NCBI GenBank assembly: GCA_024704765.1
Contig: JAKMXF010000233.1
Coordinates: 248,001-312,000 of the forward strand
Source: Oopsacas minuta
Taxonomy: Eukaryota > Animalia > Porifera
DNA: 64,000 bases
Direction: 5' to 3'
Shown here: positions 11,877 to 25,600 of the stretch, in pieces
Numbering within the stretch: the stretch's first letter is position 1
Layout: each line of letters starts with the position of its first letter
Made by a program: the position numbers and the translations under genes
Notes under the pieces: generated by a model
Told to the model about the DNA's origin: nothing
The model's database searches: none
The model's input: only the letters and a program-made list of their open reading frames with translations

Positions 11877-12965
11877 AATAATTACACTCGTATGGTTGGA
11901 TAAGCTCTTAAATCAAAACAAATTAATAAAGAAGATTATATAGAGAATGCAATAAATTTTCGATTAAGTGACACAATATCATAACTATAACATTTGCTAA
12001 ATTCTGTTGGAGATCTTCCAAATTGTGCAAAGTATTTTGGCATTTTAAGCAGAATATTTTATTGCAAAATAATCGCAGCAAATGTCCGTAATAACATGGG
12101 CAATTTATTGGGTATTAATTTCGGTTTCTAGAGTTTGTTACTCGCTACTTTTGCTAGGAATCGTCGTGGATGAAAAAATTCGATATTTTCCATTAGATTC
12201 TGTAATCCCGATTCTTAAGTATTAGAACACGCACACTCTCCCTTACCTATCATTCCATTTCTATGATATATCCTCAGTTCCAATAACTTACATAATAGAG
12301 CCTAGCATGTACTACTGCTATGTATTCATGGTACTACGTGGAAATTACGATATATTAATGTGAATTCAACTTTAGAAGATGTACAATTGAATCTTTGCCA
12401 TTATACTTTTCTTCCTCAAATTCTAATTAACTAATCAGCATTTTCTCCAAAATTGCTGTCTCTCTAATAAAATGACATTATTTGTACCTTAATACAAATT
12501 TCACTGATCTCTGTTCACAGTAAAGTTAACAAGAAATAAAGCTGACTCTATTTTAGAATCTAAAATTCAAATTAGCTTCTAATCTGGAATAATCAATTCT
12601 TGCTGGGGCGAAACATTATATATAATTGAGTTTAGTTTAGAATTTAAAGGTTCTTTCTTCATTTTCGGATAATCTCAAGCTTTCATCACTTAAGATTCGA
12701 AGAATATTTATCTTCAATGGGAAAGATTTAATACCGAATTGTTGAATTTCTATAATTTCTATTTGACCTATACTTGGTCTTGACTATTTCTCATGTTTTT
12801 GAAGGATGAGATAATTTGGATATACAATGAAGCCTGTCTTCTTTAGTTCAGAGGAATAACTTACTATATTGTGAGATCATACCTTGCCCATGTTTCAACT
12901 TGTTAGCAAGAATTGTTTTAGGTGAGTATATTGAGTGTTAATTTTATGAATAATTATCCAACTTA

Positions 12966-13152
12966 AACTTGCCAATGAGTGAAGGAATAATCAGGGATAA
13001 TTTAGCTGGATATCGCGGGACTAAAATAATTGCATTAGACTGGATTACAACAAAGCGGGACAATTTGTTTTGGCGAGTTTCGGCGAGACATTATCCTCAT
13101 CACATTTCCGAAAAGGTGGGACATACCTTCAAAATATGGAAGGTTGGAAAGT
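12966..13152. mobile_element. Degenerate MITE, CATACTTGCCAAC-terminus family
   Basis: Left AAACTTGCCAA, right GGTTGGAAAGTGT; same termini as the elements at 32444 and 49194. Confidence 0.4.
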
Positions 13153-13332
13153 GTACCAGCTTTCACCAATGATAAATCTCAATAGTGTGGCTATTGAGAT
13201 GTATCATCGGTGAGAGGTGAATATGTTGGGTTGAATAGAGGTTATTAAGTGTTGTTCTCGCATTGTGAGTCTCAAAATGGCCGAATCTACCCATATTTTG
13301 TAAACGTTGGATAGAGATTAGTCGTTATTATA

Positions 13333-13413
13333 CCGTAGAATCTCGTTAATACGAACACCAACGGTCACAAATTGTTCGCTATATCAGGAGTTCGTATTAA
13401 AGAGGTTCTACTA
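13333..13413. mobile_element. Short MITE (CAGTAGAACCTCGTTAATACGAAC-type TIR)
   Basis: CCGTAGAATCTCGTTAATACGAAC ... GTTCGTATTAAAGAGGTTCTACTA. Related copy at 18588-18748 and a right end near 46458-46482. Confidence 0.7.
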
Positions 13414-15234
13414 CATAATGATTGGTGTATTATTATGCATTTACTTTGAATGCTACTAAAATATCTTAGGTTTCGACACGTGTACATTATTCATGGTTTA
13501 CAATTAATAGTGTTGGCTATTGGATTGAGTGCAATTATGTTTCGAAATGAAATTTTTTGTACAGCAGAGAATACTTAAGCTAATCATTGTATAATAATGC
13601 CCGTGTTGCACATAAAACACTTTTCAAAAATAGCCCCGTTTGTCATGGAACTAACAACAGGCAAATCACTGTTGATAAAACACATTATGCAATTCAATTA
13701 GACCACCTGAATCATACGTATAGTTACTCTTACATTCCTACACCTGAATTATTTATTTAATAAGGCTATACAATCAAGCAATCTAACAAAATCCACATTG
13801 TAGCCATACGCAGAGGCCCTGCGTAATGCCTCCTTTAGGAAATCTTTGCCTAGTAGACTTGAGTAATGTTACGATCTCTTGTTCTGAAAACAGTATGTAA
13901 GCATATATGTGCTATCAATGTGAGTAGCCTCTCTTTCCAATTGAAATCTCATGATCACCCACGACCATAAGCATTTGCACTTAAATATATACAATGATGT
14001 TCGCCTAATAGCAAGTTATTATCTTTGGAAATAGTTCCTCAAACAGCAAGTTTTTGTGTCTAGAGAAATACTTGCAAAAGATGACTTACTTAAATGTGAA
14101 TTCCACTGTACATACATATAAAGCCAACTATAATATCTTGATTCTTACATGTTTTGGCTATTGTTATTCGAGTATATTCTGATGGAAATTCAGTTATTAG
14201 CTTAAACGATTTAGTTGTGGGATATTTGATATAGTTGGGATATCTTACACTGTATGTGTATATGATATATAGAAGTAATGTATGTAATGTTTAGGGAAGT
14301 TTACCTGTTAAACGTCTATTTAAATGCTCTCAATTAATGTACTAAACCAAATCGGAGCTGGTTATTTAATCACAATATTCTAACAAGTGGGAATAGCGAA
14401 TTCAATATTAATAATTTGAGGTTAATTCACTGACGATTTAACGAATAAGAACTGCGAAAATAACATATTCTGGAGCTTCAAATAATTAATAAAAAAAAGT
14501 CGAGTCTATTAAAGTATATTGGCGTAGTAATTATGAAATTATTATTATACAATATTAAAATATTAATGAGAAGCATACAAATGTAGAAAAAATAAATCTA
14601 TCCTAAAAAGGCTAGAATCTTGTTTCATGTGTTGATTACCATCTGTAAGTTAGTTGTTATGCTAGACCAATTTCTTGTGTAATGAATTTGTATGAAAGTT
14701 TAGTATATTTTTTGTAAACATTTTGTTAGCTAACTTTCTGATGGCGAAGATCGAATATTATTATTTGCTAATTCAAGCAATTGCATGTAATCTTGCTAAT
14801 TTCTACTGTCACAAGATATTTCCAGTAGTTTTTGATAACTTTGTCTCAAATTAGAATTATTACTTACTATTTTGTGGAGAGGAGATTACATAATATCCAC
14901 AAAATTGCAACGTTTGGAGCTATCTCAATTCTTAAGAAAATAATATTTATATCAAAAGCTATAATTTATTTGAAGGTTAAATATTTTCTAATCTATCGAT
15001 TATATTATCTTCTTATTGATCCAATTATTTGAATTGTAAATATTTATCTTAAATATATGTGTATATTTACCTGAATTCTGATATTGTCCATATACAACAG
15101 AATATTAGATCCTTATTTATAGGATACTTGATCTTAAATGTATGCATTGAATTTATATTGTAAATTTTCAATTATACAAATTGAAAATTCTGATATGGCA
15201 ATTTTTTGGACTATTTATATGTGTATGCCAGTGA

Positions 15235-15263
15235 TGACGTACGGACTGATACAACTATAAATA
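15235..15263 (+). promoter_or_regulatory. CRE-like TGACGT plus TATA box upstream of bZIP-like gene 1
   Basis: TGACGTA at 15235-15241 and TATAAATA at 15256-15263, 37 nt before the ATG at 15300. Confidence 0.5.
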
Positions 15264-15299
15264 TAGTCAGTAATTTAAAAGGTTTACAATATTCACAAA

Positions 15300-15608
15300 A
15301 TGGAAGTGCTAAATCAAAAGATTATTCCACTCGCAAGGCTCGATAAGCTCTTGAATAAAAACCAAATTAGCAAGGAAGAATATATAGAGAATTGCAATAA
15401 ATTCTTTTCGATGAAACGGCAAAAGTATCGCGATGTCTACTACAGGAGAAAAGAGAAATTCTCACAAGAAGATAAAACAAATCTACAAGAAATCGACTCA
15501 TTAGAAAGAACCCGGAAGACACTCTTAGAAGAGAAGAGAATATTGCTAGTAGAAATTGGAACTTACCATTTTATGATGAGGAATAACTACTGTCCATTGG
15601 AGCCATGA
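15300..15608 (+). CDS. Small Maf/CNC-like bZIP-type protein with degenerate basic region (copy 1), 102 aa
   Basis: Helical extended-homology-like segment (LDKLLNKNQISKEE), basic stretch KRQKYRDVYYRRKEK and heptad zipper (EIDSLERTRKTLLEEKRILLVEI). Clear paralog at 17840; TATA box upstream. Confidence 0.7.
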   Translation: MEVLNQKIIPLARLDKLLNKNQISKEEYIENCNKFFSMKRQKYRDVYYRRKEKFSQEDKTNLQEIDSLERTRKTLLEEKRILLVEIGTYHFMMRNNYCPLEP

Positions 15609-17839
15609 GTAAAGTTTATGTATTGCTTAATTGTTAATTAAATTAGATAATCTTGTGAATATTTTTCAGTTCATCAAATTGATAATGCGTGAGTTTTAAA
15701 AGTAAGTTACAATAATTTGGGAAAGTATTAATAACTAGACTTAAACAGTATATTTAGATAATTATAGAATACTGATTTGTAGTAATTAACAAGCTTATAA
15801 AACTTATATTTAGAATTTAGTTAAGCTTAATATAATTTCCAAAATCTCTTAATTGAATAGAAAATATAAAATTTCTTATTCAAATTGTATTTTCTTAAAA
15901 TTTTCTAAGAAAAATTTTCAGTTTAAGAAATTTGGGGACGATATATTATGAAGCACATTTTAATTGATTTTGTTCAGATATCTTCAATGTGTGCATTTAC
16001 ATTAATTGTTAAGACTGCACATAAAATGGTAATTTGTGTTTTATGAATATATTCAACACTCTCGGGATAGATTAGTCTTGTAAACTAGATATTAGAAATA
16101 ACTTGTACTTGTAGATTCTTGGTTAGATCACTGAGCTCTTAGTCATCTCAGCATATTTATTTATTAATATATTAATTGTCTATCATTGAATAATAATAGT
16201 ACCATTTGGTTTTCGCCATATTCTAGACAATTGTTTCCCGACAACGTCTGTATGAAACAAGTTTGTTTGATAAACCACGGATTTCTCTTTATACTAAAAT
16301 TATCAAATCATAGTCTGTGCCGATGTAATTTCTATTAGATAACCTGATTTAGCGTACTTTTAATCTCTATATGTCTGTTGAGAGCAAGTCTCTACGATTA
16401 TTTCAAAATTTCAATTGTTTGTTTCCTGTTTATTCATAATATAGCAACAATAATTTTACATATGAGAAACTTGAAAATATGAAATTCGGATTCAGCATAC
16501 CGTATTCAATAAAGCCACTTTAACCAAACTTCACCAACATGGTCAAACTTGATAAACAAGTAGTGACGATCTCGTTTTTTGGGTATATGGTAGGTGTCTC
16601 GTAGACGATAACCAATTCCGCCAAAAATACTATCCACTCTTTCCTTCAATCAAATTGTCTATTTATAAATGTAAAAGTTGGAAATCCAAATTTAGGTGCG
16701 GTTAATATAAATTTGGTAATTTGATAGGGAAATTGGATAATTACGAATTCATAGCCTACTTATAAATAAATGGGGTAACAATAATTACAATTCTGGCGTC
16801 TCCCAGCTAGTCAGACTACTGGTGTACACGTGACGCACTTCTGAAGTAAAAATCGTAAGCACAAATGCACCACTAGTGTTATTCTGTCTACCCTAGTGAT
16901 GTACAATATAGAATGAATAATCAAAAATTATCTGTCAAAATATTTGAAATAGTATATTACTTAATATGACTGAGAAAGTATATGTCTTAATTAATCTACT
17001 ATCGTATTCCAATGCGTATTGAATCGGCTGCAATAACGTGATTCGCAGGTTTCACTATTATAACTGATTCTAACACCTAATTAATATTAAGTTTCACAAA
17101 TTAACAGCTGGGCACAATTCAGAGTCATGCGCTAAAAATGCATGTAAATTGATTTTGTAGCATTTAATAAATGAGATTATTAGTATATTTGATTTATCCA
17201 TTTTGCTATGACTTTTTGGTGATCAATCAAGCTATTTTTAGAAATTAATCATATGAGTTCAAGGTTGCAAAAGTTTCGATTTTGTCACATAAATATTTAT
17301 TCTATTCAAAGGAAATGTTTAGTCTCAAATCATATTAGAGTACTATCGTAAAATATTTCAACATGTTTATAATTCAATGATATTAATTGGCTTAATTTTG
17401 GTAACTTTAATGTGGTAGATAGTAATTGGACAATAATCAGTGGTGGAGTTCATTAATTGTAGGCTATGTAGATGACCACTTGCGTGTATGTATAGTTTCT
17501 GCAAATATACGTTAATTCTGATTTACACCTCTAAATTTACATATCGTAATCACAACCTGTACCAAATTGAATTATCACTTCTAAACAATACATCTCTCTA
17601 ATTAATGTTCTATTGTAGCTTAATTATATGATATGAAATAGATAATTCAATGGCACAGATATTTCATGGCAAAAATGATAAGGAAACAGTCCATCATAAA
17701 AAACGTGCTACGTTATTCTACAACCTGATAGAGAACTTGTAATTACTATATATATAGAATGATATCGTCTACAAATTATATACAGTGTATAAATACAGTG
17801 GAATTTTTGCATAATATTGCTTGCAAAAAGTTAGGGAAT

Positions 17840-18154
17840 ATGTCCGCTATATCCCTTTCAAAGCTTGACAGAGATTTAGCTGATAATAAGATCTCTCGAG
17901 ATGAATATATTGAAAAATGCAAATATTTTTTCAAACGAAAAAGAGAAAAATATCGAGACACATATCATAAGCGTAAACAGAAGGATAATGATGAAGTGAG
18001 TAGAGGTGAAGAGGAAATATTACGTTTGAAGGAAATACGTGAATATCTGCATACAGAACGTTTTGAATTGAATCAAGAGATTATTCAGTATAAGCATGTA
18101 ATTAGACGCGAGCTAATGGATGTTGACACCCATTTTCATACACAGAAAACCTGA
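17840..18154 (+). CDS. Small Maf/CNC-like bZIP-type protein (copy 2), 104 aa from the second ATG
   Basis: Collinear with copy 1 (L.KLD..L..N.IS..EYIE.C..FF..KR.KYRD.Y..RK). The ORF track starts at 17759, but a TATATATA at ~17747 directly abuts that ATG, so 17840 is preferred. Confidence 0.7.
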   Translation: MSAISLSKLDRDLADNKISRDEYIEKCKYFFKRKREKYRDTYHKRKQKDNDEVSRGEEEILRLKEIREYLHTERFELNQEIIQYKHVIRRELMDVDTHFHTQKT

Positions 18155-18587
18155 TGCATCAACAGCAATATATATATGTACTTAGTTTTGTTCATTGTCA
18201 TTTCATGCTTGCTACATTGCATTGCATTACAAACGCCCATTTATACACATCAATTGCATCAATAATTCATTACATTCTGTCATAGCAACTGCTTCCTGCA
18301 AATTTACTATTACTTTTTTGTTTTGTAAGAATAATCCCTTATTTGTCGATTTCAACGAACTGGGTAATACTATATTTGTAACACCTTTTAGCATAAATTT
18401 TGAACAATTAAAGCCTATATAATATGATATTATTATGTTAAGGTGGTTTCAAATTGCTTGGAAGTCCTGCATTATATTGCGTGTAGTATATATGCAAAAT
18501 TGACAGAGCTTGGAATTATCTAAAATGACCTCCAAAATCGGTTCAGAATATTCAAAATTTTGGAAGTTGATAGAATTTGACAGAATA

Positions 18588-18748
18588 CAGTGTGGAGCCT
18601 CGTTAATATGAACACTAATGGAAGGTCACAAATTTTTGTTTGTATTAATAGGAGTAATACCAATTGAGTTACCACTGTAAGCCTGATTTGTGTAAATATT
18701 ACTATTTGTTCTTCGTATCCAAAATTCGTATTAACGAGGTTCTCACTC
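18588..18748. mobile_element. MITE, same family as 13333
   Basis: TA|CAGTGTGGAGCCTCGTTAATATGAAC ... TTCGTATTAACGAGGTTCTCAC. Confidence 0.65.
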
Positions 18749-19614
18749 CAACTTTCGAGGAGGATTCAGAAATCTTCCAAATTACACTTCCTGGAAATTG
18801 CATGGAAAATTATAGACACATTAATATCTGAGTACAATCCTCTCAAACTTGTGTTTCTAAAGTATTCCCCGCAAACAAATCTTACTAATTTTTTGATATA
18901 CTTTCGTAATCGAATTTTTTATCCAGAAATTTTGTAAATTTTGCTTAATTCGTCTTACGTGTTAATACGATGGAAGTGGCGTTATAATGTTTTCACTAAT
19001 GTAGTTACTTAGGAATTAATAATTAAATAAGTAACTACAAAAATGCTTACGGGCCTATTTGACTCAAAACTGGGCCAAACCCAATCGCTTTCGAGATTTT
19101 ATTGAGCTCGATCCCCGAATTCTAATACAATTGGTTTAATAAAGGACTTGTCTAAACCGATTTGGCCATTGCGTTATGAGCGTAATGAATTGGAACACGA
19201 AATTAGTACTTCATTTCACCAAATTCCAGGAAGACATTCAACTTTTGTACACACTTTTGGTATTCAAATATTCCAAAAAATTTTACCAGCTGTAATCTAT
19301 TATCCGTTAAGGCTTGGTTCATTAACGGTGTATTTAACCTAAGAATTCAGAATTCCACTGGCAAATAACTCAAAACTATATAATTTGATATATAAATATG
19401 TGTTTCATAAAGTTACTTGTTAAAAATTAGGTAATACAGGAATGAAATATACAAAAATGTGTCAACAAGTCAATATATACACACATGCAATTAGGAATAC
19501 TTTCACACAAATTATCACCTTGATACATATATTAAACTACAAACAGAAATCTAATTGTGTAGGAAGAAATATAGAAAATTAGATCTAAAAATACTTGGAA
19601 GTAAATTTCTCTTT

Positions 19615-22600
19615 TCAAATCACGTCTCCAAGATTGATACGAATAATTATGTCTGTAACACAATCAAATACAAACTGAATACTTCCAGTGTCTGTTGCGC
19701 ATGTAAAGTGCGTGTAGATAACCTTCATTTCACCGTTTTTGTCTTTTGATTTATTCAAACTTTCAAACTTTCGACGAACGAAAGCGGAGCTACTCTCAAA
19801 TGAATTGTCTCCTAAACACACACAAATAGTAATAAGAGTGAAATCTCACCACAGCTGTTTTAAGATACAAATATACAACATAATTGTATGTAGTGTGTTA
19901 TAAACCAAAGCATACTTACAGCTATTATTATACTGCAAGAAAAATTTGATTCATTCAAATACACTGCCTGGTCAAAGGTATTGGAACACTGTTTACAACT
20001 TGTGCACAAGTGGCATTAGATGAGAATATGTTGAAAGATTCTATGGATATTGCAGAAAGTAGAACAATAGCTTGTTATCATTCGTTTTACGATATATTAA
20101 TGTTCAATAGTTTTTGAAATCATCTTTAGCTTATACAACTATGGTAACATACCCTTTGTTTCAGGTATTAATTGTGGTAGGGTGTTCCAATACTTTTGGC
20201 CAGGCAGTGTAGTTAATAAATTACTCATGGGTCATGAGACGTATGGATAAACTGTGATGGATATGAAAGGCCTTTCATTCTCGGATTGGCATTTAAAATT
20301 TTCGTAGAAGCAAAGGTCAAAACGTATGGTAAAGTGTATTTACCACATCAGACATACCTGCGTAATCAGGAAAACAAGTATTAAGCTTCGAATATTGTAA
20401 TTTTTGCATGAATTTGTCCTGTTTGTTGAGGAATAGCATTATTGAGGTGTTTCTGAAATATTGATTGTTGCAGATACTGTCAAATAGATCCATACTGTCC
20501 AACATTCTATTCTAAATATAAACAATATTAAAGTTATAACATTAATGAAACAGCCAGTATAGATTATTGCTCAAATTTTAATGAATGTATGTAGTCAGTT
20601 GTAGATCAGCTGTTGCAATCGCATCTACATGCGAGATTGCGAATGAACGAACTTCCAAAATCGTGACTGTACCCAATTATTTCTTGAACCATTTACTGGT
20701 TAATTCCATTATTGATTCGATGAATTGACTTCCTGCATCATTACAATGAACTTTACATACAATTCATTATCCTCCTTCTACAGTAGAGGTCAAATCTATT
20801 CAAGCGAAACTTCTTAGAATAACAAATACATATAATTGTGCTGTATATCATGGTTAGATAAGTGAGAACAGCCATTTTGCTTGTGGTTTGAAAAACAAAA
20901 TAATACATTATACTGAAATCATTGCTTTTGGTAGATGATTATATTTTATTATTTGTTAATTAAATAAAACATCTACAAAAGACCACAAATAATTTTGAAA
21001 ATGCTATGACATCTAATTTGTAATTACAGCAATGATGTAAAAGTTTGGACTCATAATAGGAAAATACATGGGTATACATTATTCGTAAATAATATTTGGC
21101 TAAGGTATACGATAATTATCTCAATATCCTAAATTCACTATATCTACCATTATATTATGTGTAATTAACACGTTTGTGTAAATGTCGGTTTTTACGAATT
21201 TCCTGGAGCTTTAACACTTGAAAATGCCAAAAAAACAAATCTATATATGAAATAGATAAATAGTCCTCCGATAACTCAAATTGGAAAATATTGCAGTAAT
21301 ATTGAGAAATGTGGATTTTTGCCTTTAAGTGTGTTAATTACTTATATCTTACTGGTCTGTGACTTAATGAGTGATTACAATAAAGCTACAAAACTGATAA
21401 CAATTCTTTATCAATTATTCAAAATAATGTTAGTCTAATTACCACATAATAGTCGTCATATCGTGGTTATATTTTTATTATGTGATTATCCTTCGGAATT
21501 TATGAGAAAATTCGATCTTCTTTTATCATGGTCAGAAGCAGGCCTCTGAGAGGGGGGGGAGACAGAAAGGCCCTTTAGCCTTCCTAAAGCTCCAAGGGGC
21601 CTCAAGAAATCTATAATTCATCGAATAATCATCACCATATTTGGCTAATACGTACTCATTTTGGAAAGATAGCAAATGGCCAGGGCCTTACCGATCCTAT
21701 CAGAGGTCCGATAGGTCAGGGTGACTAATTAGTAAACCGGACCAATTTGGTGGCTCATATACTTTGTATAGGTTAACCAGACCAATTGAAATCTGCTTGT
21801 TACGGTCTTGAGAATGTAATACAATAGCTTCATCAATATCCTTGCTTACATTACTTACATTCTGAGTGATGATATTTCTATGCTGAGACATTTTGCATAT
21901 TTTATGCCTGAGCATGATGATATTCACAGTTTGATCGCATGATAGCAATAATATTCCCATAAAAGGCATTATTCATAATTGATGTAAGTTATCCGTTTTA
22001 ATTGAAGCACTAAAGCCAGTATTATTAAATATAAGATAATTTGCATAGTCACTCTGTTAATATTACTCATTCAATCAATCTGGCTGACGCTAACTAACAT
22101 CATTTTATCCTAATTTTTCTAGGCTAACAACTTAAAAAGGCGTATGGAATGTATCCTTGTGAACAACTTACCGTTTCATCATCCTCCCTTAACGTGAGAT
22201 CATAATCAGAAAGAGCTACTATGAACATTAATGCCTTTACATCTTCAAAACAGTGAATCCATTTCTTCCTTTCAGTCTTCTGCCCGCCGACATCTACCAT
22301 TCTAAATTGAAATAATATGAAAATATAAGTATTTTGAGTATGAAATAGTTTTGTAACTACAATGGAGTTCGCATCTTATCAAATATATTTTGCACGAATT
22401 TCCCTTGCTATTAGAGGAATTATTTCCAATACAAATTGGACGCTAAGTCACTGAAAAAAACTTTCTAAGGAGCAAATATTGCGAGAGAAAATCCTTATCA
22501 CCTCAGGAGAAATTTCTGTACATTATGCTAACTATATAGAACTCTTGTAGTCATTTCTAGTGCACTACCATTTGGCATCTCCGCAAGTTTTATTTAAGAA

Positions 22601-25600
22601 ATGATGCCATATTAGCTGTAATAAACACAAATGCCAATGAGGCATTCGTGTGCTATGCTAACTACGAGATAGTAGATGATTCTTTATCATAGATAATTAT
22701 CTACCGAATGAATGTTAATTATTTGCCTTTGAAATGATCTGTTCTAGTATACGTGATAATTTTCGAGGGTATACATATAATTTAGCACATACACAACATT
22801 TCAATTGGACAATACATGAAAGATATCTCCATTATAATCTTGGTCTGTAAATTCAAATTGCTACATGCATGCTACCTTTTGAAGGAACGCACAACGAAGC
22901 TCACGTAGTTGGTAATTACTATGCAATTCTGAGCTTGGTTCAAGGTTAGTTCCCGAGGAATTGCAATATCAACACTTGATGATCTGGTTAGTGTAATCAA
23001 ACGAAGAGCAGATTAACCGAATTTATCTGCTGTATAATATTCAAATAAACCTGATCAATTAGCTATATTTTTAGTAGAGTGAAACTCGGTCAGTTTCTCT
23101 AGAACGGATTTTCTATTCTTGTGTGAATTGTATGAGGAAGAATATTCAAATAAGAAGTACTTCGCTTTGTATGTACTGATTTAGTTTCCCGAAGGTGTAA
23201 GTTGATTCATACCAGAGTTCTACTGTATAGTGGACCAGCATAACCCGACAGTGTTTCTGATCTGAAATAGTTTCCGACAATACAAATCCACCTTCATAAC
23301 TCAACAAAATGTTCATGTCCAAACGAGTGTCGGTTTGTGCAGGTGCCACTGTATTTGAATTATTTCTGGGTAAAGTACATATTAATGTTTATTTCATATA
23401 TAGGGAGTTTCTTTGGGGTGAACATATATTCCAGCCTTCTCCACCCTCTGGATAAAACCTGAAATCATCTAAGGCTGAGGGCGTTTGAGAGTATATTTTT
23501 CCTCTTCTAGTTACTTGTTAAGTTTATTTATCCAATATACTAACCACAAACCTGAATTAATCAATGACAAATAATGGGTTTTTAAATTGCAAGTTAGTCA
23601 AATTTAGATTTCGCCTTCACTAAATAAGCATCAAGTCTTGAATATTCAACGGTTTCAAGAAAAGCTGCAGGCGGGGCTTAATTAGCACTAAATACCATAA
23701 AGTGTATGTGTTTGTAAATACGTTATTATTATCTAATTAAATATCTTCCCTAAGTTAGATGACTAATTAGTATATGTGATATGTACTTTTTCCTTAGATT
23801 ATTCGATCGCGCAATGTTTATTAATAGAAATGCTGTCTAATATGTGGAAATATTCTTTATAATGTTACCGATGTTTTGGCTAATAATATTCTAACTTTAC
23901 TTGTCATGTTAGTTGTGTACTATTTGATAAACTTGTACGTAGATTTGTGGTCCCTATTAGTAGAATGCACCACTGAATGTTATTGAGCAATTTGTTGGTG
24001 GGATTTATAGAACTCAAGTAACAAACTACTTACATTATCGTTGGGCATCGAATATTTGACTCAGGAAAACAACAATATTCATGGTGACCGCTGTTGTACA
24101 ATATTCCTGGGAGTATGTAACTTGTGAGGAATTTTGGATACTGAATTTGTCAGGAGATAGTGAGTACGCAGTTATTTTGCTTTCATTGCAGACAAGTGTT
24201 CACCCTCAACTACAAAATACCGATTGTAATCCACAATGGATTTTAAGATCACTCCTAGAGACCAAAACATCTACTATCCTTTATTGATAACATCTGAATA
24301 CACATTTCCTAATGGCTTATCACAAGATTGAATTTCTCTCCATCCTTGATACATAAACATTTTCCAACTTCTCAAATATTGCAAACTTTCATGAACTCAC
24401 GTTAACCCTTAACTCTCAAATTTTTGCAAACTTCCCAAGGCCAAATATGCTAACTGCCTAGGTCAATGGAAGTAATATGTCTGTTATCTAACATAAAAGG
24501 GAATGGATAGGAAGTAATTATAGCTATTTGTTCTAACCAAATATTATTTCTAGTATTCACGTATGCTCTATAACTCATTCGAATGTAATCACCTTTTATC
24601 TTCTAAATATTGACAATAATCTATATTATTTAATCTCAATTGTTGTTTGTTTGTTTGTCCGTTGTCAAGAAAAGGATTTACGGTATGCAATTTTGATATT
24701 GTCGCATAACTATGTATTTATCGTGTTTATCAAGGAAGTAAATAGAATTTAATAAAACTTCACAAAATATATCGAACATGCTGAATCCGATTTTAACACT
24801 TTTGGATTAATCATATGAAAATTTATTGTTGATCTTACAAAATAATTCAATAATATATATGCCATATAGTATATTTGTGAATTACATTATTCTAAATATA
24901 TCTATATTATGATTTCATTGCCGAATCTTGGGATTTGGCAATGGAATTCATAGGAATTTGTAAGAAAGTTTGGTCAATATATAGAAATTTCAAACACACA
25001 AACTTACAGAAAGTTCAATCCCTTGTATGTGAAGTTAAACTCTACTACTCCCAATGTTTGCACTCTTGTTCTCAATACATCCTCCACGCTTGGTATATAT
25101 CCTCTCTCCGATATTCTCTCAAGAGCATTCAGGAAACTACAAAAATGAACAATTTATCGTTAAAACAATGTAAATGTCAAATTATTTTCCATTTTCTATT
25201 ATAAATTTTTGCTGATTCATACAGAAATATATTTCCGAATGTATTATTCAAGTTTCCATTAATATTAGCATTAAATTGGGAAAATGTCTATTCCAGTGAT
25301 CAAATGATGATGGCTAAAAATAATCACTGATTTCAAATTCCATTATCTTAATGCTTATTCAACTATTTGATGTATCTATGCTACCCCAATCAAATATTTC
25401 TAGCTTGAATTCAGGTTTTGCGGACCTATAATCCTTTCCACTATATTTAATGACGGCAATTCATTTCGAATTCTTGTTTTTATTGCATACATTAGACTGT
25501 TAATCTTACAATTTTGTTATGCCTGACACCAAAATCTGAGTTCAATGTTTTGGGCAATGCCCACCTCATCATTAGTTGTAAAAGTATATATTTCATTTTT

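Noticed and set aside
13807-13825. Perfect 7-bp hairpin TACGCAG-AGGCC-CTGCGTA
   Set aside because: Stems of this length are expected many times by chance in 64 kb, and there is no supporting context.
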